DNA of 64,000 nucleotides from an uncultured Gammaproteobacteria bacterium (GTDB taxonomy: Bacteria; Patescibacteriota; Patescibacteriia; Magasanikbacterales; UBA922): contig CAZQHU010000004.1 of NCBI GenBank assembly GCA_964592785.1, positions 72 to 64,071 of the forward strand, given 5' to 3'. This document shows, one piece after another, positions 1 through 8,827 of this stretch. Numbering within the stretch: position 1 is the first letter of the stretch; each line of letters starts with the position of its first letter. Under the pieces are notes generated by a model. The model worked only from the letters and a program-made list of their open reading frames with translations, ran no database searches and was not told the origin of the DNA. The position numbers and the translations under genes are program-made.

Positions 1-54
1 ACCTACATTGCAAGATCCGCAATCTTGCGTCCTATCCATTGAACGACGGGTGCC
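1..54 (-). tRNA. tRNA-Arg(GCG), 3' part cut off by the window edge
   Basis: Reverse complement reads GGCACCC-GT-CGTTCAATGGATAGGAC-G-CAAGA-TT-GCG-GA-TCTTG-CAAT-GTAGGT; perfect anticodon stem. Confidence 0.85.
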
Positions 55-120
55 TAATACACGTGAGCAATTATAATACAAAAAAACAGAATCGTCAAGA
101 CGATCCTGTTTAATTCAAAA

Positions 121-624
121 TTAATGAATCCGCCAACTACGTCCTATCCTATCCGACAAAGGTTCGTCTTCTTTTTCTGAATGCTCTGGTAAAAATTCAC
201 GCAAACTATGTTTTATTTCAATGGGATTTTGATCAAGCAGTGGAATGCGCAATAATGGTTGCCAAAAACTCTTGGTTTCCAAAAATAGAGTTTTTACCTC
301 AGGAGGATTGTAAATCAAATAAAAACCTTCAAACTCAGAATAAGAGAAAAAACGCGTCCCTACCACAATACCGGTGTTGGTAATCTGAAATAAAACCTTG
401 GCAGGGTTTTGATGATTTTGTAAAAATAAAATAATTGAAAAAAGTACAATGATTACCGCAAACAAAAAATTACCAGTAAAAATGGCATAAAAAACCAAAA
501 ATAAACCAATGATAGCCATAAAAACATACCAGGATTTCCCACGTTCATAATGTTCATATTCTTGAAAACCCCATTCGTGAAGCACCTGCCCCAGATCCAA
601 ATCATCTTTTATAAGCTGCGGCAT
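121..624 (-). CDS. CPR-type hypothetical membrane protein (two TM helices plus a PH-like C-terminal domain)
   Basis: ORF 121-678; start moved to MPQLIK because the longer form overlaps the tRNA locus; WxFxEYxxYERxxxWY followed by a hydrophobic hairpin. Confidence 0.7.
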   Translation of the reverse strand: MPQLIKDDLDLGQVLHEWGFQEYEHYERGKSWYVFMAIIGLFLVFYAIFTGNFLFAVIIVLFSIILFLQNHQNPAKVLFQITNTGIVVGTRFFSYSEFEGFYLIYNPPEVKTLFLETKSFWQPLLRIPLLDQNPIEIKHSLREFLPEHSEKEDEPLSDRIGRSWRIH

Positions 625-690
625 ATAAAAAAATATTAAAAAACAAAAAAGAAAAAGAAGAAATATGAGTGGACCCAACTGGATTCGAAC

Positions 691-727
691 CCCGCCCGAC
701 TGGCCTGACGATAGTCAGGCGGGCGGG
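691..727. repeat. 37-nt hairpin insert in the T-stem of the outer tRNA-Val
   Basis: CCCGCCCG...CGGGCGGG; removing it restores ACTGGATTCGAACCAGT, identical to the inner copy. Confidence 0.8.
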
Positions 728-756
728 CAGTGACCTTCTCAATGTGAATGAGACCC

Positions 757-861
757 CCCGCCTGCCATAGCTTCGTAGCCACTACTGGATTCGAACCAGT
801 GACCTTCTCAATGTGAATGAGACGCTCTAACCAACTGAGCCAAGTGGCCACGGCGGATAAG
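757..861. mobile_element. tRNA-carrying miniature inverted-repeat element (105 nt)
   Basis: Ends CCCGCCTGCC / GGCGGATAAG enclose the inner tRNA-Val and resemble the ends of 24687-24793. Confidence 0.65.
776..849 (-). tRNA. Inner tRNA-Val(CAC), complete cloverleaf without encoded CCA
   Basis: GGCCACT-TG-GCTCAGTTGGTTAGAGC-G-TCTCA-TT-CAC-AT-TGAGA-AGGTC-ACTGG-TTCGAAT-CCAGT-AGTGGCT-A. Confidence 0.92.
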
Positions 862-903
862 TCCAACCTCAGCCAGAGACTGGTTGGCCTTTTACTAAAA
901 CTG

Positions 904-933
904 CCTGCCCGTCGAAGCTTTAGCGAAGACGGG
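904..933. repeat. 30-nt hairpin insert in the D-arm of the outer tRNA-Val
   Basis: CCTGCCCGTCGAAGCTTTAGCGAAGACGGG; core shared with 46531-46560 and 53856-53888. Confidence 0.75.
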
Positions 934-1030
934 AGCCATGGATCCATTATAGCACAAAAAATTATAACAAAAAAGCCCAATTTTGACAAGAGACTTTACA
1001 ATTGCCAAAAACTTAAATTTACATTATAAT

Positions 1031-2473
1031 ATGGGCAATATGCAGATTGAACCCATAAATTTTCTAGAAAAAGAAACTGAAAAAATAAAATCACCCAAGC
1101 CACGCTGGCTGGTTTTTTTGGTTATTTTTACTTTAATTTTTGTTGGCGGCTGCATTACCAGAGCTATTGTTGGCGAGTACGCCCCCAATGAACCAGAGGC
1201 CTACGATCCCGCCACCCTCAAACCCAAAAAACCTGAAGGCTTTTTTCAAACTGTTAAATACCTTATTTTTTCCCAAGACAATCAGCTGGCTGGAGCCAAA
1301 GATGATCGGATTAATATTTTATTACTTGGCATGGGCGGAGCCGGACACGAAGGTCCATATCTAACCGATACCATTATTATTGCCAGTATTGAACCTTCTA
1401 CTGGCAAAATCGCCATGATTTCTATTCCTCGTGATTTGGCAGTTTCCATACCCAAACAAGGAATAAAAAAAATAAATAATGCCAATGCCTATGGCGAAGC
1501 CAAAAATCCTGGGCAAGGAGGAGAATTTGCCTCAGAAATTATTAGTGAAACTTTTGATTTAGATATTCATTACTATGTCCGGATTGATTTCAAAGCTTTT
1601 GCAGAGATCATTGATGCTGTTGGCGGAGTGACTGTCGCTGTGGACAGATCATTCACCGACTATACTTACCCAGCAGAAAATTACGAATACCAAACGGTTA
1701 GTTTCAACCAGGGTATTCAAACCATGAATGGCGATACAGCTTTAAAATTTGTACGTTCCCGCCATGGCTCCAATGGCGAAGGTTCGGACTTTGCCCGTGC
1801 CCGCCGCCAACAAAAAGTCCTAGCCGCTCTCAAAGGCAAACTCTTATCATTTTCCACTTTGGCCAATCCTCTTAAAATAAATAATATTTTAAATAGTTTA
1901 GAAAAACATCTCACCACCGACTTACCTTTTGCTGACATTATCACACTCACAAAAATGATGCGTGAACTGCAAACAGATGCTATAATAAACTTAGTGCTTG
2001 ACGATTCTCCCCAGGGTTTCCTCAAATCCACTTTTGGTAGCGATGGTGCTTTCCTTTTGGTGCCAAAGACAGGTGATTTTACCGACATAAATAATACCAT
2101 CAAAAATATTTTTCAAACCGATGAAACTGTCAAGCATTTAGAAACTACTCCTGTACCTGTTCAAACCACTGCTCCACCTTTGCCCACCGCCAATATTGAA
2201 ATTCAAAATGGTACCTGGAGCGCCGGTTTGGCCGCTCGCATGAAAAAAAGATTAGAAGACAAAAACTTCTTAGTTGAAACCATTGGCAACACTGCTGAAC
2301 GTCCACAAAATCAGAGCGGTATTTATAATATTTCTAACAAAAATCTGAGTGATTTACTTACTGCTCTGCAAGAAGAACTTCGTTTGCCAATAAAAGAAAA
2401 ATTACCAATGGGAATCTCTGCCACCACTTCTACTGATATTTTGATTATTTTAGGCGAAGATCTTGCTGAATAA
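1031..2473 (+). CDS. LCP (LytR-CpsA-Psr) family protein with C-terminal LytR_C domain
   Basis: N-terminal TM; INILLLG...LTDTII...SIPRD, KIN, FVRSRH...SDFARARRQQ; C-terminal IEIQNGT...GLAA...DILIILGED; start uncertain (1031 or 1040). Confidence 0.9.
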   Translation: MGNMQIEPINFLEKETEKIKSPKPRWLVFLVIFTLIFVGGCITRAIVGEYAPNEPEAYDPATLKPKKPEGFFQTVKYLIFSQDNQLAGAKDDRINILLLGMGGAGHEGPYLTDTIIIASIEPSTGKIAMISIPRDLAVSIPKQGIKKINNANAYGEAKNPGQGGEFASEIISETFDLDIHYYVRIDFKAFAEIIDAVGGVTVAVDRSFTDYTYPAENYEYQTVSFNQGIQTMNGDTALKFVRSRHGSNGEGSDFARARRQQKVLAALKGKLLSFSTLANPLKINNILNSLEKHLTTDLPFADIITLTKMMRELQTDAIINLVLDDSPQGFLKSTFGSDGAFLLVPKTGDFTDINNTIKNIFQTDETVKHLETTPVPVQTTAPPLPTANIEIQNGTWSAGLAARMKKRLEDKNFLVETIGNTAERPQNQSGIYNISNKNLSDLLTALQEELRLPIKEKLPMGISATTSTDILIILGEDLAE

Positions 2474-2496
2474 ACTTAATTATTAAAAATTATAAA

Positions 2497-3891
2497 ATGG
2501 CTACTCCTGCGAAAATTATCACCGATAATTTACCAGTCATTGTTTTGGTGGGTCGTGTTAATGTTGGTAAATCCACTCTTTTCAATCGTTTGATTGAAGA
2601 AAAAAAAGCGCTGGTTTCCGATATCCCAGGCACCACTCGCACTGTCAATGAAGGTCTGATGCTTTGGCGAGGTAAATATTGTAAAATTATTGATACTGGC
2701 GGATTGACTTTTACCGATGAAGTGGTTTTGGAAAAAGAAATAAAAGAACAGACTGAAAAAGCTGTCCGCCAAGCTGATCTGGTTGTCTTTGTGACCGATG
2801 CTCAAGATGGAATATTGCCCCAAGAAAAAGAATTGGCCAAACTAATTCGCCGTACTACTGAAAAACCAATAATTTTCGTAGCCAATAAAACAGATAGCAA
2901 CTTTTTGGAAAAAAATCTTTACCAACCAGAATGGAAAAAACTTGGTCTAGGTGAACCTTTCCCTGTTTCCGCAGCCAACGGCAGAAATCTAGGAGATTTT
3001 TTAGATTTAATTTACAAACATTTAACCAAAATTAAAAAAACTCCCAAGAGAAAAATTACCACTGAAAAAATTATCAATATTTCACTTATTGGCAAGCCCA
3101 ATGTTGGCAAATCTTCTATTTTTAATAAGTTGATTGGAGAAGAAAAAGTGATTGTCTCTCCTCTGCCCCACACTACTCGCGAACCACATGACACTTTGGT
3201 TGATTATCACTATCAAATTGATGGCAAAGAAGAAATTATGAAGATAAATTTCATAGATACAGCCGGTATTCGTCGCAAAACCAAAGTGGAAGGTGGGCTA
3301 GAAGGCCAAGGAGTGATGCGAAGTATCAAAATAGCTGAAGAATCAGAGATAATCCTTTTTGTCATTGATGGCACCGAAACCATTTCCACCCAAGATCGCC
3401 AACTGGGCGGACTTTTGGAAAAAAGGGTAAAAAGCGTGATCATTCTTGTCAACAAATGGGACCTAGCCGAAGACAATAGTGACTCGGCTCGCAATGAAGT
3501 CAAAAAAATGGTTTATAGTTATTTTCCACATCTAGATTTTGCCCCCATACTTTTTGTTAGTGGCAAAAATGGTTATCGAATCCATAATATTTTTCCAGAA
3601 ATTATCAAAGCCCATGAAGCCAGACGCACTGTCATTCCCGAAGATGCCCTACACCAATTTATCAAACACACTATCAAAGAACATTTGCCCAGTCGCGGCA
3701 AAGGCACCAGACACCCAGAAATTTTGGGGTTCAAACAATTGGATATCAATCCACCGGTTTTTGAAATGTACATCAAACCCAAAACTTCCCTTCATGAATC
3801 TTATGTGCGCTTTGTCGAAAGAAGGTTAAGAGAACAATTTGACTTCTACGCTACGCCTATTATAATAAGACTAACTAAACTAAAACGTTAG
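2497..3891 (+). CDS. der: Ribosome biogenesis GTPase Der
   Basis: Two GTPase domains (GRVNVGKS/DTGG/NKTD and GKPNVGKS/DTAG/NKWD) plus a KH-like tail. Confidence 0.96.
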   Translation: MATPAKIITDNLPVIVLVGRVNVGKSTLFNRLIEEKKALVSDIPGTTRTVNEGLMLWRGKYCKIIDTGGLTFTDEVVLEKEIKEQTEKAVRQADLVVFVTDAQDGILPQEKELAKLIRRTTEKPIIFVANKTDSNFLEKNLYQPEWKKLGLGEPFPVSAANGRNLGDFLDLIYKHLTKIKKTPKRKITTEKIINISLIGKPNVGKSSIFNKLIGEEKVIVSPLPHTTREPHDTLVDYHYQIDGKEEIMKINFIDTAGIRRKTKVEGGLEGQGVMRSIKIAEESEIILFVIDGTETISTQDRQLGGLLEKRVKSVIILVNKWDLAEDNSDSARNEVKKMVYSYFPHLDFAPILFVSGKNGYRIHNIFPEIIKAHEARRTVIPEDALHQFIKHTIKEHLPSRGKGTRHPEILGFKQLDINPPVFEMYIKPKTSLHESYVRFVERRLREQFDFYATPIIIRLTKLKR

Positions 3892-3895
3892 TTTT

Positions 3896-4444
3896 ATGAA
3901 ACTCATCGTTGGTCTTGGTAACCCCGGTAAAACCTATGCCAAAACCCGTCACAATTTCGGGTTTATTGTGCTTGATGCTCTTCATAAAAAACTCCAAGAA
4001 GAAGGGATCAATAACTGGGAATTATCCAAAAAATTCAATGCCCAAGTTTCAGGACTCACCCTTAACAATGAAAAAATTATTCTGGCCAAACCCATGACTT
4101 TCATGAATAATTCTGGAATTGCGGTTCAACTTTTGGCTCACTTTTACAAAATTACTGCTGGAGATTTGCTAGTTGTTCACGATGATAAAGATCTCAAACT
4201 TGGCGAAATAAAAATTCAAACCGATCGCTCCTCAGCCGGACACAATGGCGTCCAATCAATCATCGATCACCTCGGTACACAAAATTTTACTCGCATTCGC
4301 CTCGGTGTCGCACCTGAGAAAGAAAGTAAGATGAAAGATACTGCCGACTATGTCCTCGGCAAGTTTGGCTTGTTTGAAAAGAAGAAAGTAGATGAAGTGA
4401 TAGAGAAAGCAGTGGAAGAAATAATAAAATTAATCTCCTCTTGA
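3896..4444 (+). CDS. pth: Peptidyl-tRNA hydrolase
   Basis: LIVGLGNPG..YAKTRHNFG, KPMTFMNNSG, GHNG. Confidence 0.97.
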   Translation: MKLIVGLGNPGKTYAKTRHNFGFIVLDALHKKLQEEGINNWELSKKFNAQVSGLTLNNEKIILAKPMTFMNNSGIAVQLLAHFYKITAGDLLVVHDDKDLKLGEIKIQTDRSSAGHNGVQSIIDHLGTQNFTRIRLGVAPEKESKMKDTADYVLGKFGLFEKKKVDEVIEKAVEEIIKLISS

Positions 4445-4566
4445 GAGGAGTGTCTCCGACCCGCAGGTCGGAGACGAGGTGTGTTACCGTTGTTTTCAGT
4501 TCTTACCACTGTTACACACCCCACCTCCCCGCTGAATTGGCGGGTCGGCACCCCTCTCAAGAGGGG
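4440..4566. repeat. Palindromic intergenic element (CCCCTC..AGGGG type)
   Basis: CTTGAGAGGAGTG ... CACCCCTCTCAAG ends with internal hairpins; looser relatives near 23128-23220 and 46418-46495. Confidence 0.6.
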
Positions 4567-4581
4567 ATTACAAATATCAAA

Positions 4582-4605
4582 AAATCCGCTGATAAAGCGG
4601 ATTTT
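4582..4605. terminator. Bidirectional intrinsic terminator
   Basis: AAATCCGCT-GATAA-AGCGGATTTT between convergent genes. Confidence 0.7.
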
Positions 4606-4623
4606 AATATGTATTTTATTCTT

Positions 4624-5112
4624 TTACTTTTCAACATTAAATACTGTATTAAGATTTACAACAGGACCCTTTGCAAATGCTTCTAATGACTTCCTTAAAT
4701 ATTCTGCACTTTGTTGAGAATCATAACCAGCCTCAACAGTTCTATCAAAATAAGCAACGAAACGTTCAGGATATCTTTCCACATCAGCCAACTCTTCAAA
4801 AGTCTGTTTCAAAGTACCTCCAAAATTTGTATTATAAAATTCAAGTCTTGTTTTCAAAGTAGCAATTCTTTCTTTCAAACCATCAACAATTTCTTCTAAC
4901 CTTTTTTTATCAAATATTCCATTATCTGTATTTTCTGCTGTTAAAGTTTCTTCTAAACCATGCAAAAAATCTTGTAAACCTACTATTGAATTCTGAACAT
5001 CATATTCTGCCTGATTTCTATCTTCTAACTTTTTTTCTTGGTCATTTGTAGTTTCAGATGCTCTCCAGTCAACATCTCTTTGTCTTGGATCTAAATTATC
5101 TCCTGTACCCAT
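4624..5112 (-). CDS. Hypothetical acidic helical protein
   Basis: ORF 4624-5160; probable start MGTG; no recognisable motif. Confidence 0.6.
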   Translation of the reverse strand: MGTGDNLDPRQRDVDWRASETTNDQEKKLEDRNQAEYDVQNSIVGLQDFLHGLEETLTAENTDNGIFDKKRLEEIVDGLKERIATLKTRLEFYNTNFGGTLKQTFEELADVERYPERFVAYFDRTVEAGYDSQQSAEYLRKSLEAFAKGPVVNLNTVFNVEK

Positions 5113-5213
5113 ATATTTTAATATAAAAATTAATTCTCCTTTTACTTTGAATATTCCCATTATAACACATTTTTACCCTTTTGTCAATCTAAATTTTGTG
5201 ATAAAATAATCAC

Positions 5214-6293
5214 ATGAAAAAAGAAATTCTCTTCTCCTACTTCCCCAAAAACACTGTCAAACGCTACCAAGAACTGGTGGCGGTTTTTGATAATCTAGAA
5301 AACGCTTGGAATACAAGTATTGAAGACCTAATTAAAATCGGCTGGGAAGAAAAATTGGCACAAGAATTTACTGACTGGAAAAATAAAATTGACGAAGAAA
5401 AAATTGCCAAAGTCTTGCAACAAGAAAATATACATTGCCTCACCAGAGATGATGAAGCTTATCCAGCCAGTCTAAAAGAACTTTATGATCCACCTTTTTG
5501 TCTTTTTGTCCGAGGTAAACTACCAAAAGATGGATTCAATCTGGCAGTGGTCGGAACGCGAAAATATACTACCTATGGCAAACAAGTGACTGAAGAATTG
5601 GTCACTGAACTTACCCAAAATGGTCTAAATATTATTTCTGGCCTAGCTCTGGGGATTGATGGTATCGCTCACGAAACTTGTTTACAAAATAATGGAAAAA
5701 CTGTTGCTATTCTTGGTACAGGAATAAATAATAACCACATCTACCCAAGTATACACAAAAATCTTGCCAATAGAATTATTGAAAACAATGGCGCGCTTAT
5801 TTCTGAATATCCGCCCGGGGCTCTGCCTTCCAAATTTGGTTTTCCCAAAAGAAATAGAATTATTGCCGGGCTTTCGCTTGGTGTCCTCGTCACCGAGGCA
5901 CCCGAAGACTCTGGGGCGCTCATCACCGCTCAAGTAGCCAATGACCTGGGGCGAGAAGTATTTGCTGTTCCTCATGCCCTTACTTCACCCAATGCCACTG
6001 GCACCAATAACTTAATAAAAAACGGCGCCCACCTGATAAACTCTGCCAAAGATATTTTGGAAATTTTAAATTTACAAGAGATCAAACAATTTATCGGCAA
6101 TCGCCAGATTTTACCCGACTCTCCTACTGAGGCCAAACTTCTGGAACATCTCGGTAAAGAACCTCACCATGTGGATGAAATAATCAAACTTACACAACTT
6201 GACAGCCCTACTGTAAATGCTACACTTACTATGATGGAAATGAAGGGAAAGGTGAGAAATCTTGGAGGAATGATGTATATTCTTGGTAAGTGA
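5214..6293 (+). CDS. dprA: DNA-processing protein DprA
   Basis: YPxxLKELYDPP, AVVGTR, SGLALGIDGIAH, FPKRNRIIAGLS, SGALITA; C-terminal winged helix. Confidence 0.96.
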   Translation: MKKEILFSYFPKNTVKRYQELVAVFDNLENAWNTSIEDLIKIGWEEKLAQEFTDWKNKIDEEKIAKVLQQENIHCLTRDDEAYPASLKELYDPPFCLFVRGKLPKDGFNLAVVGTRKYTTYGKQVTEELVTELTQNGLNIISGLALGIDGIAHETCLQNNGKTVAILGTGINNNHIYPSIHKNLANRIIENNGALISEYPPGALPSKFGFPKRNRIIAGLSLGVLVTEAPEDSGALITAQVANDLGREVFAVPHALTSPNATGTNNLIKNGAHLINSAKDILEILNLQEIKQFIGNRQILPDSPTEAKLLEHLGKEPHHVDEIIKLTQLDSPTVNATLTMMEMKGKVRNLGGMMYILGK

Positions 6294-6325
6294 GTAAGTT
6301 TGTAAGTGTATAAGTTTATAAGTAT
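6286..6325. repeat. Five 8-bp tandem repeats (RTAAGTNN), left arm
   Basis: gtaagtga gtaagttt gtaagtgt ataagttt ataagtat. Confidence 0.85.
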
Positions 6326-6683
6326 GTCATTAGTAAAAAACTGGACTGATCTCAATGCCTGGAAAAAAGCTCATCAACTAGTAATTGAAATTTATAAAAT
6401 AACAAAAACTTACCCTAAAGATGAACTTTATGCTTTAATTTCACAAATTCGACGTGCCTCTGTATCTGTAGCGGCCAACATAACAGAAGGTTTTCATCGA
6501 GAAACTAAAAAAGATAGATTACATTTTTATACAATGGCTTCAACTTCATTAGAAGAAGTAAAATATCATATAATTCTATCAAAAGACTTAGAATATATAG
6601 ATGTAAACAAAGCAAGAGAAATTTATTCTTTAGCAAATGAAGTTGGTAGACTACTCAGACGTTGGATGCAAACCCAAAAATAA
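6324..6683 (+). CDS. Four-helix-bundle protein (TIGR02436 / 23S rRNA-IVP-like)
   Basis: DLNAWKKAH...YPKDELYALISQIRRASVSVAANITEG...SLEE...LSKDLEYI. Confidence 0.92.
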   Translation: MSLVKNWTDLNAWKKAHQLVIEIYKITKTYPKDELYALISQIRRASVSVAANITEGFHRETKKDRLHFYTMASTSLEEVKYHIILSKDLEYIDVNKAREIYSLANEVGRLLRRWMQTQK

Positions 6684-6713
6684 CTTACTCACTTACAAAC
6701 TTACATACTTAAT
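6682..6713. repeat. Four 8-bp tandem repeats (NACTTACA), right arm, inverted relative to 6286-6325
   Basis: aacttact cacttaca aacttaca tacttaat. Confidence 0.85.
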
Positions 6714-6724
6714 AACTATACCCT

Positions 6725-7402
6725 ATGTCAAAACTAAATATGACTACAAAAAAACTCGTCTTTCTCACCGCCTTCGTTGCAACAGGCTTCACCCTCATGC
6801 AAATCCCCTTCACTCAAATCATTGGTTCCAGTTTGAAATTCAGTTTATTTGATTTCTATGGTCCAATCGCTGGTGCTTTTGTCGGCTCTATCTGGGGACT
6901 GATAACTGTCGGCGTGATGCAATTCGCCAACTGGGCTTGGCACGGTTTCGCTCTGGATGCTTCCACTCTCATCCGCCTTTTGCCAGTCTTATTCTCTGTC
7001 CTTTATTTCGCCCGCAAATCCAGGTGGCTCACCCTTGTTCCGGCTACTGCCATGATTGCTTTTTGGCTTCACCCAGAAGGTCGCCAGGCTTGGTACTATG
7101 CTCTATATTGGTTGATTCCAGTTATTGCTTATTTCTGGCATGAAAAATCCCTGCTTCTCCGTGCTCTCGGCACTACCTTCACTGCCCACGCGGTTGGTAG
7201 CACACTATTCCTCTATGTGTTAAATCTTCCGGCTTCTGTTTGGACCGGTCTTATCCCTGTGGTTTGGAAAGAAAGAATTATTATGGCTTTTGGTATTACT
7301 GTCACTTACATTGCTTTCAACTATCTTCTAAGTTTCTTGGAAAGAAAATATCATATTCAGTTGCCGTTTGTGAAGTTGAACCACAAGTATTCTGTTAAAT
7401 AA
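6725..7402 (+). CDS. Multi-pass membrane protein, ECF S-component-like (possibly folate uptake)
   Basis: About six TM helices; FxxFxGPIAGAFVGxxWG pattern; lies directly before folC. Confidence 0.55.
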   Translation: MSKLNMTTKKLVFLTAFVATGFTLMQIPFTQIIGSSLKFSLFDFYGPIAGAFVGSIWGLITVGVMQFANWAWHGFALDASTLIRLLPVLFSVLYFARKSRWLTLVPATAMIAFWLHPEGRQAWYYALYWLIPVIAYFWHEKSLLLRALGTTFTAHAVGSTLFLYVLNLPASVWTGLIPVVWKERIIMAFGITVTYIAFNYLLSFLERKYHIQLPFVKLNHKYSVK

Positions 7403-7436
7403 ACTTTCCACCGGCATTCAGCCGGTGGCTCAGTTT

Positions 7437-8810
7437 ATGACACATGCACAAGCCCAAAAATTCATCCTTTCCTGGACCAAACTAGGAAGAAAAGAATACC
7501 TAAAAGACCCCAAAAAATGCGGTGTTTATCTTCAGCGTCTGCAATATTTTCTTGATTTAATTGGCAATCCGGAAAAACAAATCCCTCATTATATCCATGT
7601 CACTGGCACCAGTGGCAAAGGTTCAGTGTGTTTGATGCTAGATTCAATCTTACGTGCGGACAAACGAAAAGTAGGAACCATGACTTCTCCAGAAATTGGA
7701 CCCACTCAAACTCGTTGGCAAATAAACGGCCAAAAAATGACTGATAAAGAACTAGCAGAGATTATTACTAAATTAAAACCAAAGCTGGATCTATATTTAA
7801 AAACTTCACCCTACGATCCTATCTCACATTTTGAACTCATGACTGCCATCGGACTTTATTGGTTCGCGCAAAAAAAAGTAAAGTGGTGTATTTTGGAAGT
7901 AGGACTCGGTGGACGGTATGACTCAACTAATATAATTCCCCATAAAGATATTGCTGTCATTACTAATATCGGACTGGATCATACGGAAATACTAGGAAAA
8001 ACCAAAGCCAAGATTGCTTATGAAAAAGCAGGAATTATTAAGCCGGGATGTAAAGTATTCACCAATGAACAAAATAAAAAACTATTAAAAATATTTGAAA
8101 AAGAAATTACAAAAAACAAAACAAATACTAAACAAATACTCAAATTATCATGCCAAAAAAACTTACAAACTTACAAACTTACAAACTTACAAACTATTTT
8201 TAAATATCAAAACCATACTTACAATTTAAATACACTTGGGGAACATCAAGTTGGCAATGCTATTCTCGCAATTGAAATAACTAAATCACTCAAAATCCCC
8301 TACTCAACTATTAAACGTGGTTTAGAAAAAGTAAAACTACCACTGCGCATGGAGATAATTTCCAAAAATCCGCTGATAATTCTTGATGGCGCCCATAATC
8401 CTGATAAAATGAAAACGACAGTAGAAACAGTGCGTAAGTTAATAAGTATGCAAGTGAGTAAGTATAAAGAAAAATCACACTTACACACCTATACACTTAT
8501 ACACTTACTCACTGGATTTTCTGCTGACAAAGACCTAAAAACAATGTGTCAACAACTAAAAACCCTAAACCCAAAAACAATCGCCATCACCAAATTCACC
8601 TCCCCTTTCAAAAAATCTGCCAAACCAAAAGATATTGAAAAATTGGCTAAAAAATATTTCAAAAATACCAAAATCAAAATTTTTAGCAACCCTCAAACCG
8701 CTTATACCACTACAAAAAATAAACTCAAAAAAAATGATCTATTATTGGTCACTGGTTCACTATATTTGAGTGGTGAAATTCGCGCTAAATTGACAAAAGC
8801 AAAAAAATGA
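7437..8810 (+). CDS. folC: Folylpolyglutamate synthase / dihydrofolate synthase
   Basis: IHVTGTSGKGS, LEVGLGGRYDSTN, ITNIGLDHTEILG, EKAGIIK, LDGAHN, TGSLYL; contains repeat-derived inserts. Confidence 0.93.
   Translation: MTHAQAQKFILSWTKLGRKEYLKDPKKCGVYLQRLQYFLDLIGNPEKQIPHYIHVTGTSGKGSVCLMLDSILRADKRKVGTMTSPEIGPTQTRWQINGQKMTDKELAEIITKLKPKLDLYLKTSPYDPISHFELMTAIGLYWFAQKKVKWCILEVGLGGRYDSTNIIPHKDIAVITNIGLDHTEILGKTKAKIAYEKAGIIKPGCKVFTNEQNKKLLKIFEKEITKNKTNTKQILKLSCQKNLQTYKLTNLQTIFKYQNHTYNLNTLGEHQVGNAILAIEITKSLKIPYSTIKRGLEKVKLPLRMEIISKNPLIILDGAHNPDKMKTTVETVRKLISMQVSKYKEKSHLHTYTLIHLLTGFSADKDLKTMCQQLKTLNPKTIAITKFTSPFKKSAKPKDIEKLAKKYFKNTKIKIFSNPQTAYTTTKNKLKKNDLLLVTGSLYLSGEIRAKLTKAKK
8160..8196. repeat. 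(AACTTACA)x4 in-frame in folC
   Basis: Encodes NLQTYKLTNLQT. Confidence 0.85.
8434..8513. repeat. Inverted pair of 8-bp tandem arrays in-frame in folC
   Basis: gtaagtta ataagtat gcaagtga gtaagtat, 12-nt spacer, cacttaca cacctata cacttata cacttact. Confidence 0.85.
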
Positions 8811-8827
8811 AGTACACTCATTTCTAT

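Larger units (their letters stand above)
670..945 (-). pseudogene. Outer tRNA-Val(CAC), interrupted by four hairpin inserts, one of which carries a second tRNA-Val
   Basis: Acceptor stem GGATCCA (939-945) pairs with TGGGTCC-A (670-677); anticodon arm TCTCA-TT-CAC-AT-TGAGA; T-arm split by 691-727; D-arm degenerate; no CCA. Confidence 0.75.

Noticed and set aside
670-756. Prophage attR (duplicated tRNA 3' half)
   Set aside because: The acceptor strand differs from the inner tRNA and instead pairs with 939-945; no integrase or cargo lies between the copies.
636-1029. ORFs 636-989 and 817-1029 (likewise 24615-24812)
   Set aside because: Translations of tRNA and hairpin sequence.
4441-4717. Short ORFs over the palindromic element after pth
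   Set aside because: Repeat-derived frames that run through a terminator, with no protein motif.
6324-6683. Diversity-generating retroelement (Avd-like gene)
   Set aside because: No reverse transcriptase or TR/VR pair with adenine-specific mismatches was seen in the window.
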